A DNA stretch of 63,977 bases, filler included, from Sandaracinaceae bacterium (GTDB lineage: Bacteria > Myxococcota_A > Polyangia > Polyangiales > JADJQN01), in NCBI GenBank assembly GCA_947483975.1. It is 13 parts of 13 records of this genome, joined end to end, with 100 filler letters (N's around TTAATTAATTAA, not from the genome) between each part and the next. Parts side by side here need not be neighbours in the genome. Positions count along the whole stretch, not along the records: positions 20,173 to 25,074 come from CANKOL010000387.1; positions 25,175 to 30,052 come from CANKOL010000388.1; positions 30,153 to 35,023 come from CANKOL010000389.1; 10 more parts are not named here. One strand, written 5' to 3'. Positions 22,454 to 30,545 of this stretch are shown here, piece by piece. Every line of letters starts with the position of its first letter. The stretch's first letter is position 1. Below the pieces are notes generated by a model. The model was not told where the DNA came from. It saw only the letters and a list, made by a program, of their open reading frames with translations, and searched no databases. The position numbers and the translations under genes are program-made.

Positions 22454-23209
22454 CTAAGTCTTACGCGAGCGCCACGCCTGGAGCTCCGTCTCTTGGCGCG
22501 CGGCGTAGAGCCCTTGCAGGCGCACGAGCTCGCCGTAGGTGCCCGGCATCTGCGGCGCGAGCGCGAGCAGCACGCGCCCCGCGGCTTCGGCGTCCGCGTC
22601 GGCGCGGTGCGCGTTATCGAGCGCGATGCCGAGACGCGCCGCGGCGTCCGTGAGCTTCTTGCCCTTCTCGTACTTCTGCAGCTCGCGCACCCAGACGAGC
22701 GGGTCGATCCACACGACGTCGGTGCGGAGCGCCGGCGGCTGCGCGAAGCCGGGCGCGCGCCCCGTGCGCGTGAACTCGGCGTGCAGAAACTTGCGGTCGA
22801 AGTCGGCGTTGTACGCGACCGGGAGGTGCCCCTCGAGCAGCGCGGAGAGCTCCGCGGCGAGGTCGCGGAACTTCGGCGCGTCCTTCACGTCGTCGTCGCT
22901 GATGCCGTGGACCGCCTGCGACTCGGCGGGGATCGGCATCTCCGGGTTGATCAGCCACTGGCGCCTGCTCGTGACGATGCCGCCCTCGAAGATGACGACG
23001 CCCATCTCGACGACGCGCTCTTTCTCGGCGTCGAGCCCCGTCGTCTCGAAGTCGATCACGCAGAACGACTGCGTGGCCCACACTCGGTCGGCGGCTAGCT
23101 CGCGCACGAGCCCCGCGACCTGCACGACGGTGCGCGCGAGGATGTCGGCGATGCCAGGGTAGTGACGGCCGGTCGGGAAGCAGCCACAGACATCGTCGAG
23201 ACCTTTCAT
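22454..23209 (-). CDS. DEDDh 3'-5' exonuclease (DnaQ/PolC-like)
   Basis: IDFETTG, VHGI, AYNADFD and AHRADADA. Confidence 0.9.
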   Translation of the reverse strand: MKGLDDVCGCFPTGRHYPGIADILARTVVQVAGLVRELAADRVWATQSFCVIDFETTGLDAEKERVVEMGVVIFEGGIVTSRRQWLINPEMPIPAESQAVHGISDDDVKDAPKFRDLAAELSALLEGHLPVAYNADFDRKFLHAEFTRTGRAPGFAQPPALRTDVVWIDPLVWVRELQKYEKGKKLTDAAARLGIALDNAHRADADAEAAGRVLLALAPQMPGTYGELVRLQGLYAARQETELQAWRSRKT

Positions 23210-23289
23210 CAGGCGGGAAGGAACCCACATACGGGGTCCAAACGCAACGCGGGAGTGGGGATGACGGACGAGCGAGCGTGGAGCCGGCG

Positions 23290-24252
23290 ATGACGCACGA
23301 GCGAGCGTGGGGCTATCGGGGACGCTTCGCGCCCTCACCGACCGGCGCGCTGCACCTCGGCAGCGCGCGCACCGCGCTCGTCGCGTGGCTGAGGGCGCGC
23401 GCGCAAGGCGGCGCGTTCGTGCTTCGCGTCGAAGACCTCGATGGCCCGCGCACCGTGCCCGGCGCGAGCGAGGCGATGCTGCACGACCTGCGCTGGCTAG
23501 GGCTCGACTGGGACGAGGGGCCCGACGTCGGCGGGCCTCACGCGCCGTACGTACAGAGCGCGCGCACGGCACGCTACGTCGCCGCGCTCGAGGCGCTGCG
23601 GAGCGCCGGGCACGTCTACGCGTGCACCTGCACGCGCAAGGAGATCGCCGCGATCGCGAGCGCGCCGCACGGCCTCGACGAGGAGGGTCCGCGCTATCCG
23701 GGCACCTGCCGCGAGGGGCCGACGCACCCCGGCCGCGCCGCGAGCTGGCGCTTTCGAATGCCCGAGCCTTTTGCCGGCTTCGAGGACGCGCTCGCCGGCA
23801 CGTTCGCGCCGGGCGCGCTCGGCGGCGGGGACTTCGTCGTCGCGCGCAGCGACGGCGCGACGAGCTATCAGCTCGCGGTCGTCGTCGACGATCTCGCGAT
23901 GCAGATCCGTGAGGTCGTGCGCGGCGACGATCTGCTCTCGTCGGTGCCGCGTCAGGTCGCGCTCGCGCGCGCGCTCGGCGGCGAGCCTCCCGCCTGGCTG
24001 CACGTCCCGCTCGTGCTCGCGGCGGACGGGCAGCGCCTCGGCAAGCGGCATGGCTCGGCGTCGCTCGCGTCGCTGCGCGAGCGCGGCGTCTCGGCGGAGC
24101 GCGTCGTCGGCAAGCTCGCAGAGACGCTCGGGCTCGCAGAGCCCGGCGAAGACCTCAGCGCGACGGCGCTCGTCGAGCGCTTCGACCTCGCCAAGCTGCC
24201 GCGCACGGCGACGACGCTCGGTGAGGACGACGGCGACGACGAACCGCGCTGA
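23290..24252 (+). CDS. gluQ: Glutamyl-queuosine tRNA(Asp) synthetase
   Basis: RFAPSPTGALHLGS, CTC zinc site, YPGTCR, YQLAVVVDD, VRGDDL and RLGKR; no anticodon-binding domain. Confidence 0.92.
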   Translation: MTHERAWGYRGRFAPSPTGALHLGSARTALVAWLRARAQGGAFVLRVEDLDGPRTVPGASEAMLHDLRWLGLDWDEGPDVGGPHAPYVQSARTARYVAALEALRSAGHVYACTCTRKEIAAIASAPHGLDEEGPRYPGTCREGPTHPGRAASWRFRMPEPFAGFEDALAGTFAPGALGGGDFVVARSDGATSYQLAVVVDDLAMQIREVVRGDDLLSSVPRQVALARALGGEPPAWLHVPLVLAADGQRLGKRHGSASLASLRERGVSAERVVGKLAETLGLAEPGEDLSATALVERFDLAKLPRTATTLGEDDGDDEPR

Positions 24253-24258
24253 TGAGCT

Positions 24259-25074
24259 TCAGGAATACCGCTCGAGGTACTCGCTGAGCTTCACCTTCTT
24301 GCGCGTGCTGTCGGAGCTCATCGAGCGCACGACGCCGTAGATCGCGCGCTCGGGCCACGGCCGATCGTAGCGGCCAAAGACCCAAGAAATACCTGCGTAG
24401 GAGCTCGGGTCGCGCCCGTCGAGCGCGTACTCGTCGTTGAGCGCGACGAGCGTCTCGAACGCCTCGCGCGGGCTCGCGGACCACTCGAGGACCTTCTTTC
24501 CCCAGAGCATCCGCAGGTAGTTGTGGATGCGCCCCTCGCGCAGCAGCTCGCGCTGCGCGGCGTTCCATACCGCGTCGTGCGTGTGCGCCGCCTCGAACGC
24601 GGCGCGCGGATAGACGTGCGGGCGCGCGTCCCGCGCGTGCTGCTCGAGCGTCGCGCGCGCCCAGCCGGGGAGCGCGTCGTAGTCGGCGTAGTCCGCGCGG
24701 AGAAACGCCGTGTGCAGGGCGAGCTCGCGCCAGGTGACGAGCTGGTCGAAGAACGACTCCGCCGCCTCGCTCATGCCCCAGAAGCCGCGCGCCTGCGCCG
24801 TCACGCGCGAGGCGATGCGCTCGGGCGACCAGTCCTCGTGCTCGGCGAGCGCTGCGAAGACCTCGTGCGCAGAGACGTGCCCGAAGTGCAGGTACGGCGA
24901 GAGCCCGCTCGCCGAGTCGGCGTCCGGGTGGTTGCGCTCGGCGTAGCGCGCGAGGCGTGACTCGAAGAACTGCCCGAGCCTCGCCCGCCCGGCGACCTCC
25001 CCGCCGCGGAGCGCGACGGGCGCGACCGCGTGCCGGATCGGCAGCGACGCGAGCGCGGCGGTCGGGTCGGCGAG
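24259..25074 (-). CDS. phr: Class II CPD-type DNA photolyase, C-terminal part (5' truncated)
   Basis: LSPYLHFGH, WNAAQ, HNYLRMLWGKK, LDGRDP and DRPWPER. Confidence 0.88.
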   Translation of the reverse strand, partial: LADPTAALASLPIRHAVAPVALRGGEVAGRARLGQFFESRLARYAERNHPDADSASGLSPYLHFGHVSAHEVFAALAEHEDWSPERIASRVTAQARGFWGMSEAAESFFDQLVTWRELALHTAFLRADYADYDALPGWARATLEQHARDARPHVYPRAAFEAAHTHDAVWNAAQRELLREGRIHNYLRMLWGKKVLEWSASPREAFETLVALNDEYALDGRDPSSYAGISWVFGRYDRPWPERAIYGVVRSMSSDSTRKKVKLSEYLERYS

Positions 25075-25174
25075 NNNNNNNNNNNNNNNNNNNNNNNNNN
25101 NNNNNNNNNNNNNNNNNNTTAATTAATTAANNNNNNNNNNNNNNNNNNNNNNNNNNNNNNNNNNNNNNNNNNNN

Positions 25175-25525
25175 GCCCATCCCCCGCTCGGTCTCTTCAG
25201 CGACGACGACGGCGAGGAGGGCGCGACCATGATCGCCCGCGTCCCCGAGGCGCTGATCAGCGCCTCTGCGACCGGACAGATGGGCGCGCTCACCCACGAC
25301 GCGGCCGACGAAGAGCTGCACTTCCAGAAGGTCTTCGAGGAATTCGTCGCCGCGAAGAAGCAGTGCGGCGAGCCGACGGCGGGCTTCACCTTCGAGAAGT
25401 TCGTGACGACGCTCCGCAAGAACAAGGAGCAGATCGTCACCAAGCACGGCGCCAAGGGCGTGCGCTTCACGGTCTACGTCAAGGACAACCGCGCCGCGCT
25501 CAAGGCGACGCCGATCAAGGACTGA
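25175..25525 (+). CDS. MXAN_5187-type C-terminal domain protein (5' truncated)
   Basis: HFQKVFEEFV..K..CGE....TFEKF...L...VRFTVYVKD.RAALKATP. Confidence 0.75.
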   Translation, partial: AHPPLGLFSDDDGEEGATMIARVPEALISASATGQMGALTHDAADEELHFQKVFEEFVAAKKQCGEPTAGFTFEKFVTTLRKNKEQIVTKHGAKGVRFTVYVKDNRAALKATPIKD

Positions 25526-25638
25526 GCTGTCTCAGGCGCGCCCGCTCGGGTGACGCGCGCGAAACGGGCGCGGGTCGGCTCGACACCGGGCGCAAGATCA
25601 GTACCCTTGCGCCTTCCACTTTCTCGGAGCCCCAAAAA

Positions 25639-26307
25639 ATGCGCAAGATCAGCTTCATTTGTTCGCTCGCCGCGCTGGCCTTCGTCGCCATCGGCTGTGG
25701 CGACGACGACGTGACCCCGACCCCCGTGACCGACGCGGGCCCGGCCGACCTCGGCCCGACCGACCTCGGCCAGGTCGATATGCACGTCACGCCGCCGGTC
25801 GACCTCGGCCCCGCGGACCCCTGCGTCGCCGCCGACAGCGCGGAGGCGCTCGCGTCCTTCGACTGCAACGGCATCCTCGCCGCTCTCCCGGCCGCGAATG
25901 ACCTCTTCGGCGGCTGCACGGAAGACGCGGACCCGATGACCAACCCGGCCGGCACGTGCACCGCGGGCGACGCCTGCTTCGGCGGCGCGGCGGGCTCGCC
26001 CTCCTCGGCGTTCTGCGTCAGCTTCTGCACCGGCCCCGGCGGCAACTACGCTCAGACCGGCGGCTGCCCGACGGGCTCGCGCTGCCTGACTGTGTTCGGC
26101 AGTGACACGGACGGCCTCTGCATCCCCAGCTGCGAAGCCGACTCCGACTGCGCCTCGGGTTACTGCGACCCGACCGACGGCTCCTGCTACTTCGCGGACC
26201 CCGTCCCCGACACCGACGCGGGCACCCCCGACGCTGGCACCGTGACCGACGCTGGCACCGCGACTGACGCGGGCGACGTCGACGCCGGCGTCGGCCTCCC
26301 CGGCTGA
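25639..26307 (+). CDS. Cys-rich lipoprotein with DAG/DLG repeats
   Basis: MRKISFICSLAALAFVAIGC-GDDD lipoprotein signal; multiple Cys; DAGT repeats. Confidence 0.85.
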   Translation: MRKISFICSLAALAFVAIGCGDDDVTPTPVTDAGPADLGPTDLGQVDMHVTPPVDLGPADPCVAADSAEALASFDCNGILAALPAANDLFGGCTEDADPMTNPAGTCTAGDACFGGAAGSPSSAFCVSFCTGPGGNYAQTGGCPTGSRCLTVFGSDTDGLCIPSCEADSDCASGYCDPTDGSCYFADPVPDTDAGTPDAGTVTDAGTATDAGDVDAGVGLPG

Positions 26308-26385
26308 GCGCACCCGCGCTCGCCCCTGAGACGCCGCGGAGGGCAACCTCTGCGGCGTTTCGCGTTCCGTCCCTCGACGCAGGGC

Positions 26386-26414
26386 TTGACCGTCTCGGCG
26401 CGTCTCTCTAGGGT
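26386..26414 (+). promoter_or_regulatory. Sigma70-type promoter for the 6S-like RNA
   Basis: TTGACC (26386-26391), 17-bp spacer, TAGGGT (26409-26414); predicted start near 26421. Confidence 0.65.
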
Positions 26415-26420
26415 GGTGCT

Positions 26421-26593
26421 GTCCCTCTGTCAGGAACCGACCGCCGATCAGACAAGAATCTCTAACGCCTTTCCAATCGGGAACGCATCTCTGCTCGTGG
26501 TGAGCCGACCCGACAAGCATCATCGGGTAGCCTGAAACGAGCGATACGCGTGCCCACCTAGCTGGCCAGCTAGGGGTTCATCCTGCCGGCGAC
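26421..26593 (+). ncRNA. ssrS: 6S RNA (SsrS)-like RNA
   Basis: Rod fold: CAGGAACC/GGTTCATCCTG, GGGAACGCATC/GATACGCGTGCCC, GCTCGT/ACGAGC and ACCCGA/TCGGGT. Central bubble with a 3'-side hairpin CCTAGCT-GGCC-AGCTAGG. 6S-typical GGTGAG, CCTGAAAC and ACC...GGTTCA motifs. Confidence 0.75.
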
Positions 26594-26628
26594 GCCCACG
26601 ATGGTACGGACACTTGAAGAGCCGGCTC

Positions 26629-26749
26629 CCAAAGAGTCGGCTCTTCGCCTTTCGGGCGGGCAAAAGAGTCGGCTCTTCGCCTTTCGGGCGGGCAAAAGAG
26701 TCGGCTCTTCGCCTTTCGGGCGGGCAAAAGAGTCGGCTCTTCGCCTTTC
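26629..26749. repeat. 32-bp tandem repeat (CAAAAGAGTCGGCTCTTCGCCTTTCGGGCGGG), ~3.8 copies, two hairpins per unit
   Basis: Units at 26629, 26661 and 26693 plus a partial unit at 26725-26749; AAGAG-TCGG-CTCTT and CGCC-TTTCG-GGCG. Confidence 0.95.
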
Positions 26750-26769
26750 CGTCGTTGGCTCGACGGCCG

Positions 26770-27351
26770 TCAGACGTTCTTCCCGCGCCCGATCCACGGC
26801 ACATCGCTGACGCCCGCGCGTCGGTTCGCGAGGCGCGCGAGCACGAAGAAGAGGTCGCTGAGGCGGTTGACGTACTGCAGCAGCTCCGGGCGAATCTGCT
26901 CGTGCGCGCCGAGGGCGACGATGGCGCGCTCCGCCCGGCGACACGCGGTGCGCGCGAGGTGCAGGTACGCGGCGGGCTGCGCGCCGCCCGGCAGCACGAA
27001 CGCCGTCAGCGGCGTCAGCTCGACCTCCGCGGCGTCGATCGCGCGCTCGATGCCCTCGACGTCCACCGCCGCGATCAGCGGGATGCCGAGGTCCTTGCCG
27101 TAGCTCGGCGAGGTCGCGAGCTCCGCGCCGACGTCGAAGAGCCGGCTCTGGATCTCGCGCAGCAGCTCGTCGATCGCGGGATCGACGGCGCCGTCCGAGT
27201 GCGTCAGCGGCGCCGTGCGGCACAGCCCGAGCACGCTGTTGAGCTCGTCGATCTCGCCATACGCCGCGACGCGCACGCTCGCCTTGGACACCGTGGTGCC
27301 GCCAAAGAGCCCGGTCTCACCGCCATCGCCGTGCTTCGTATAGATCTTCAC
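26770..27351 (-). CDS. pduO: Cob(I)alamin adenosyltransferase, PduO type
   Basis: KIYTKHGDGGETGL, AYGEIDELNS, FVLPGG, CRRAER and YVNRLSDLFF. Confidence 0.95.
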   Translation of the reverse strand: MKIYTKHGDGGETGLFGGTTVSKASVRVAAYGEIDELNSVLGLCRTAPLTHSDGAVDPAIDELLREIQSRLFDVGAELATSPSYGKDLGIPLIAAVDVEGIERAIDAAEVELTPLTAFVLPGGAQPAAYLHLARTACRRAERAIVALGAHEQIRPELLQYVNRLSDLFFVLARLANRRAGVSDVPWIGRGKNV

Positions 27352-28316
27352 GCTCGCTCCTCTTCGCGCTTCGGCGCGCCGAGCACCTCCCCCACTCGGA
27401 GCGCGCGCCCCGCGAGGTACTCGCCCGCCGTCATGCGCCGCTTACCCTCGGGCTGCACGGCGTCGAGCGCAACCGCCCCGCGCCCACATGCGACCACGAG
27501 CCCCTGCGCGCGGTCCGCGAAGAGCACCGTGCCGGGCGCGGCGTCGCTCGCGTGCTCGACGAGGTGCGTCGCGTGCACCTTGAGCGTCGCGCCCGCGGGG
27601 AGCCGCGTGTACGCGCCGGGCCAGGGCGTCATGCCGCGCACGAGGTCGTGCACCTGCTGCGCGCTCTGCTGCCAGTCGAGCGCGCCGTGCGTCTTCTCGA
27701 GGATGGGCGCGAGGGTCATGCGCGCGGCGTCCTGCGGCACAGCGACGAGCGCGCCTCCGAGGTAGCGCGGCAGCTCATCGGTCAGCAGCTGCGCGCCGAG
27801 CTTCGAGAGGCGCTCGGCGAGCTCCTCCGCCGTCTCGTTCGGGCCGATCGAGAGCGCGCGGCGCGCGAGCACGGGCCCGGTGTCGAGCCCGTCGTCCATC
27901 TGCATCAGGCACACGCCCGACTCGGCGTCGCCGCTCGTCACCGCCCACTGGATCGGCGCGGCGCCCCGCCAGCGCGGCAGGAGCGACGCGTGCACGTTGA
28001 GGCAGCCGAGCCGCGGCGCGTCGAGCACGGCGCGCGTGAGGATGCGCCCGTACGCGACGACGATCGCGACGTCCGCGTGCAAGGCGCGCAGCTCCGCCGC
28101 GAACTCCGGGGTGCGCACCTTCGTCGGCTGCAGCACCGGCAGCCCGAGCGCGAGCGCGCGCGCCTTGACCGGCGTCGGCAGCAGCTCGAGCCCGCGCCCC
28201 TTGGGTCGATCGGGCTGCGTGATGACGCAGACGACCTCCGCGAGCGCGGCGAGCGCGTCGAGGCAAGGCACGGCGAAGTCGGGCGTCCCGAAGAAGAGCG
28301 CGCGGGGGCGGGTCAC
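27348..28316 (-). CDS. fmt: Methionyl-tRNA formyltransferase
   Basis: FFGTPDFA, TQPDRPKGRG, NVHASLLPRWRGAAPIQ and LDTGP. Confidence 0.97.
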   Translation of the reverse strand: MTRPRALFFGTPDFAVPCLDALAALAEVVCVITQPDRPKGRGLELLPTPVKARALALGLPVLQPTKVRTPEFAAELRALHADVAIVVAYGRILTRAVLDAPRLGCLNVHASLLPRWRGAAPIQWAVTSGDAESGVCLMQMDDGLDTGPVLARRALSIGPNETAEELAERLSKLGAQLLTDELPRYLGGALVAVPQDAARMTLAPILEKTHGALDWQQSAQQVHDLVRGMTPWPGAYTRLPAGATLKVHATHLVEHASDAAPGTVLFADRAQGLVVACGRGAVALDAVQPEGKRRMTAGEYLAGRALRVGEVLGAPKREEERA

Positions 28317-28376
28317 GGAGCGCGTTGTAGCAGCAGCGAGCGAGGCTCTACGCGTTCGCGGGCCACGCGCGCCTCG

Positions 28377-28889
28377 TCAGAGGTTCGCCTCAGCCGCCTT
28401 CTTGCGCATCGCGCGGTCGATCATGCGGCGCTTGAGCATCCCCAGGTGATCGACCATCAGCTTGCCGTCGAGGTGATCGTTCTCGTGCTGGATCGCGATG
28501 GCGAGCAGCCCCTCCGCCTCGAGCACGAAGGACTTACCGTAGCGGTCCTGCGCATGAACCGTCACGCGCTCGGCGCGGACGATCTCCTCGGTGACGCCAG
28601 GGAACGAGAGGCAGCCCTCGTCCCAGCAGAGCTCCCCGACGGCCTCGACGATGCGCGGGTTCACGAAGACTTGAAGCTCGCTCGGCTCGTCGGAGCCGGC
28701 GATGTCGATGACGAAGAGGCGCACGGCGACGCCGATCTGCGGCGCGGCGAGCCCGACGCCGGGCGCGGCGTACATCGTCTCGGCCATGTCCTCGAAGAGC
28801 GCCTGAAACTCGGGACCGAAATCGCTGACGGAGACGCCCGGCGTGCGCAGCCGCTTGTCGGGATAATGCAGAATCGTGCGAATTGCCAT
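28377..28889 (-). CDS. def: Peptide deformylase
   Basis: GVGLAAPQIG, EGCLSFPG and QHENDHLDG. Confidence 0.97.
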   Translation of the reverse strand: MAIRTILHYPDKRLRTPGVSVSDFGPEFQALFEDMAETMYAAPGVGLAAPQIGVAVRLFVIDIAGSDEPSELQVFVNPRIVEAVGELCWDEGCLSFPGVTEEIVRAERVTVHAQDRYGKSFVLEAEGLLAIAIQHENDHLDGKLMVDHLGMLKRRMIDRAMRKKAAEANL

Positions 28890-28997
28890 GGTCCGTGCGG
28901 CCTCTTCCTCGGCGGACAGTCTGAGGACGGCGGTCGGATGGCGCAAGGGCCGCGCGTGGTCGGAGGCGCGCGCGGCAGTTCGTGATAGGAGGCGGGG

Positions 28998-29705
28998 ATG
29001 CGAGCAGAGACGTTCGGCGGACTCGACTGTGTGGTGACGGGCGGCAGCGATCGGCAGGGCGGCGGCGGCGGCCCGGTGGTCGTGCTGCTGCACGGTTTTG
29101 GCGCGCCGGGCACGGATCTCGTGGGGCTCTGGCGCGCGCTCGAGGTGCCGCCGGCGACGCGCTTCGTGTTCCCGGCGGCGCCGCTCGCGCTCGGCGGGAT
29201 GTACGGCGAGGGGCGCGCGTGGTGGACGATCGACATGGTCGCGCTCGACCGCGCGATGCAGCGCGGCGAGTTCCGCGAGCTCGCGAAGGACGACCCGAAG
29301 GAGCTCCCCGCGGCGCGCGCGCACCTCTCGGCGCTGCTCGATGAGGTGACGACGCGCCTCGCGCCGAAGGACGGGCGCGTGTTCCTCGGCGGCTTCTCGC
29401 AGGGCGCGATGCTCGCGTGCGAGGTCGCGCTGAGCGAGCCCGCGCGCCCGCTCGCCGGGCTGATCTTGCTGTCGGGGACGCTGCTCGCGGAGGCGCGCTG
29501 GAGCGCGCTGTTCGCCGGGCGCAAGGGGCTGCGCGTGCTGCAGAGCCACGGTCAGCAGGACCCGCTCCTGCCGTTCGCGATGGCCGAGCGCCTGCGCGAC
29601 GAGTTCACGCGCGCGGGCGCGGAGGTCGAGTTCCTGCCGTTCCGCGGCGGGCACGAGATCCCGATGCCGGTGTTGACGCGCCTCGCGGCGTTTCTGTCGG
29701 CGTAA
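28998..29705 (+). CDS. Phospholipase/carboxylesterase (alpha/beta hydrolase)
   Basis: LLHGFG, GGFSQG, HGQQDPL and GGHEIP. Confidence 0.9.
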   Translation: MRAETFGGLDCVVTGGSDRQGGGGGPVVVLLHGFGAPGTDLVGLWRALEVPPATRFVFPAAPLALGGMYGEGRAWWTIDMVALDRAMQRGEFRELAKDDPKELPAARAHLSALLDEVTTRLAPKDGRVFLGGFSQGAMLACEVALSEPARPLAGLILLSGTLLAEARWSALFAGRKGLRVLQSHGQQDPLLPFAMAERLRDEFTRAGAEVEFLPFRGGHEIPMPVLTRLAAFLSA

Positions 29706-29759
29706 GGGACTTCAGGCGTCGAGCGACGACACGCCTCAAGCGTCGAGCGACGACACGCT

Positions 29760-30052
29760 CTATGCGTCGAGCGCCTGCGTATAGCGGGCGCGGAGGCGCG
29801 CGTCGGCGAGCACGTCGAGGGCGTCGGCGAGGGCGACGAGGATCGCGTCGCGCGTCGGCTCGAGCGCCTCGAGGCCGAGCGCGGCGAGCGGCAGAGCGCG
29901 GAGCGCGCGGGTGCGCTCGACGTAGGCGGCGTGCAGGTCGCGCGGCTGGACGTCGCGTGGGACGCCGAGCACGGCGAAGTAGTCGGCGTCCTCAGTCACG
30001 GAGGCGAGCGCCGCGACCTCGCGACGGGCGCGCTCTGCGGCGGCGCCTGAGA
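29760..30052 (-). CDS. Protein with C-terminal J-domain-like fold lacking HPD (5' truncated)
   Basis: DYFAVLGV...AY...ALDVLAD...RARY. Confidence 0.55.
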
Positions 30053-30152
30053 NNNNNNNNNNNNNNNNNNNNNNNNNNNNNNNNNNNNNNNNNNNNTTAA
30101 TTAATTAANNNNNNNNNNNNNNNNNNNNNNNNNNNNNNNNNNNNNNNNNNNN

Positions 30153-30470
30153 GGCACGCTCGTCGAGGACGCCGAACTCGCCGCGCCGATGGCCGACGCG
30201 ACGCTCGCAGCGGCCCCAGGAGGCGGCGCCTTGCTCTTCGGGGGCCGCGACCCGTCCGGCGCGCCCACGGACGCCCAGTGGCTCGTGACGCTCGCCGCGA
30301 CCGCTCCACGCCTCGTCCTCAGCCGCCGCCTCCCGCTCGCAGCGCCACGCGCCTCCGCGGCCGCGCTCGTGTTGCCGTCCGGCGTCGTGTGGCTCCTCTC
30401 CGGCGCCGACGCGCGCGGCCCCCGCGACGACGTCGACATCTGCTTTCCCGACGCGCTCGCGCTCCCGTAG
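30153..30470 (+). CDS. Kelch-like repeat protein, C-terminal fragment
   Basis: ALLFGG and PRASAAALVLPSGVVWLLSG. Confidence 0.45.
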   Translation, partial: GTLVEDAELAAPMADATLAAAPGGGALLFGGRDPSGAPTDAQWLVTLAATAPRLVLSRRLPLAAPRASAAALVLPSGVVWLLSGADARGPRDDVDICFPDALALP

Positions 30471-30545
30471 CCGCGCCCCGCCGACGCGCTTGTGGTCGCG
30501 TTCCTCACTCCCTATCCTGCCGGACGGGAACCAACTGGCCGCACC

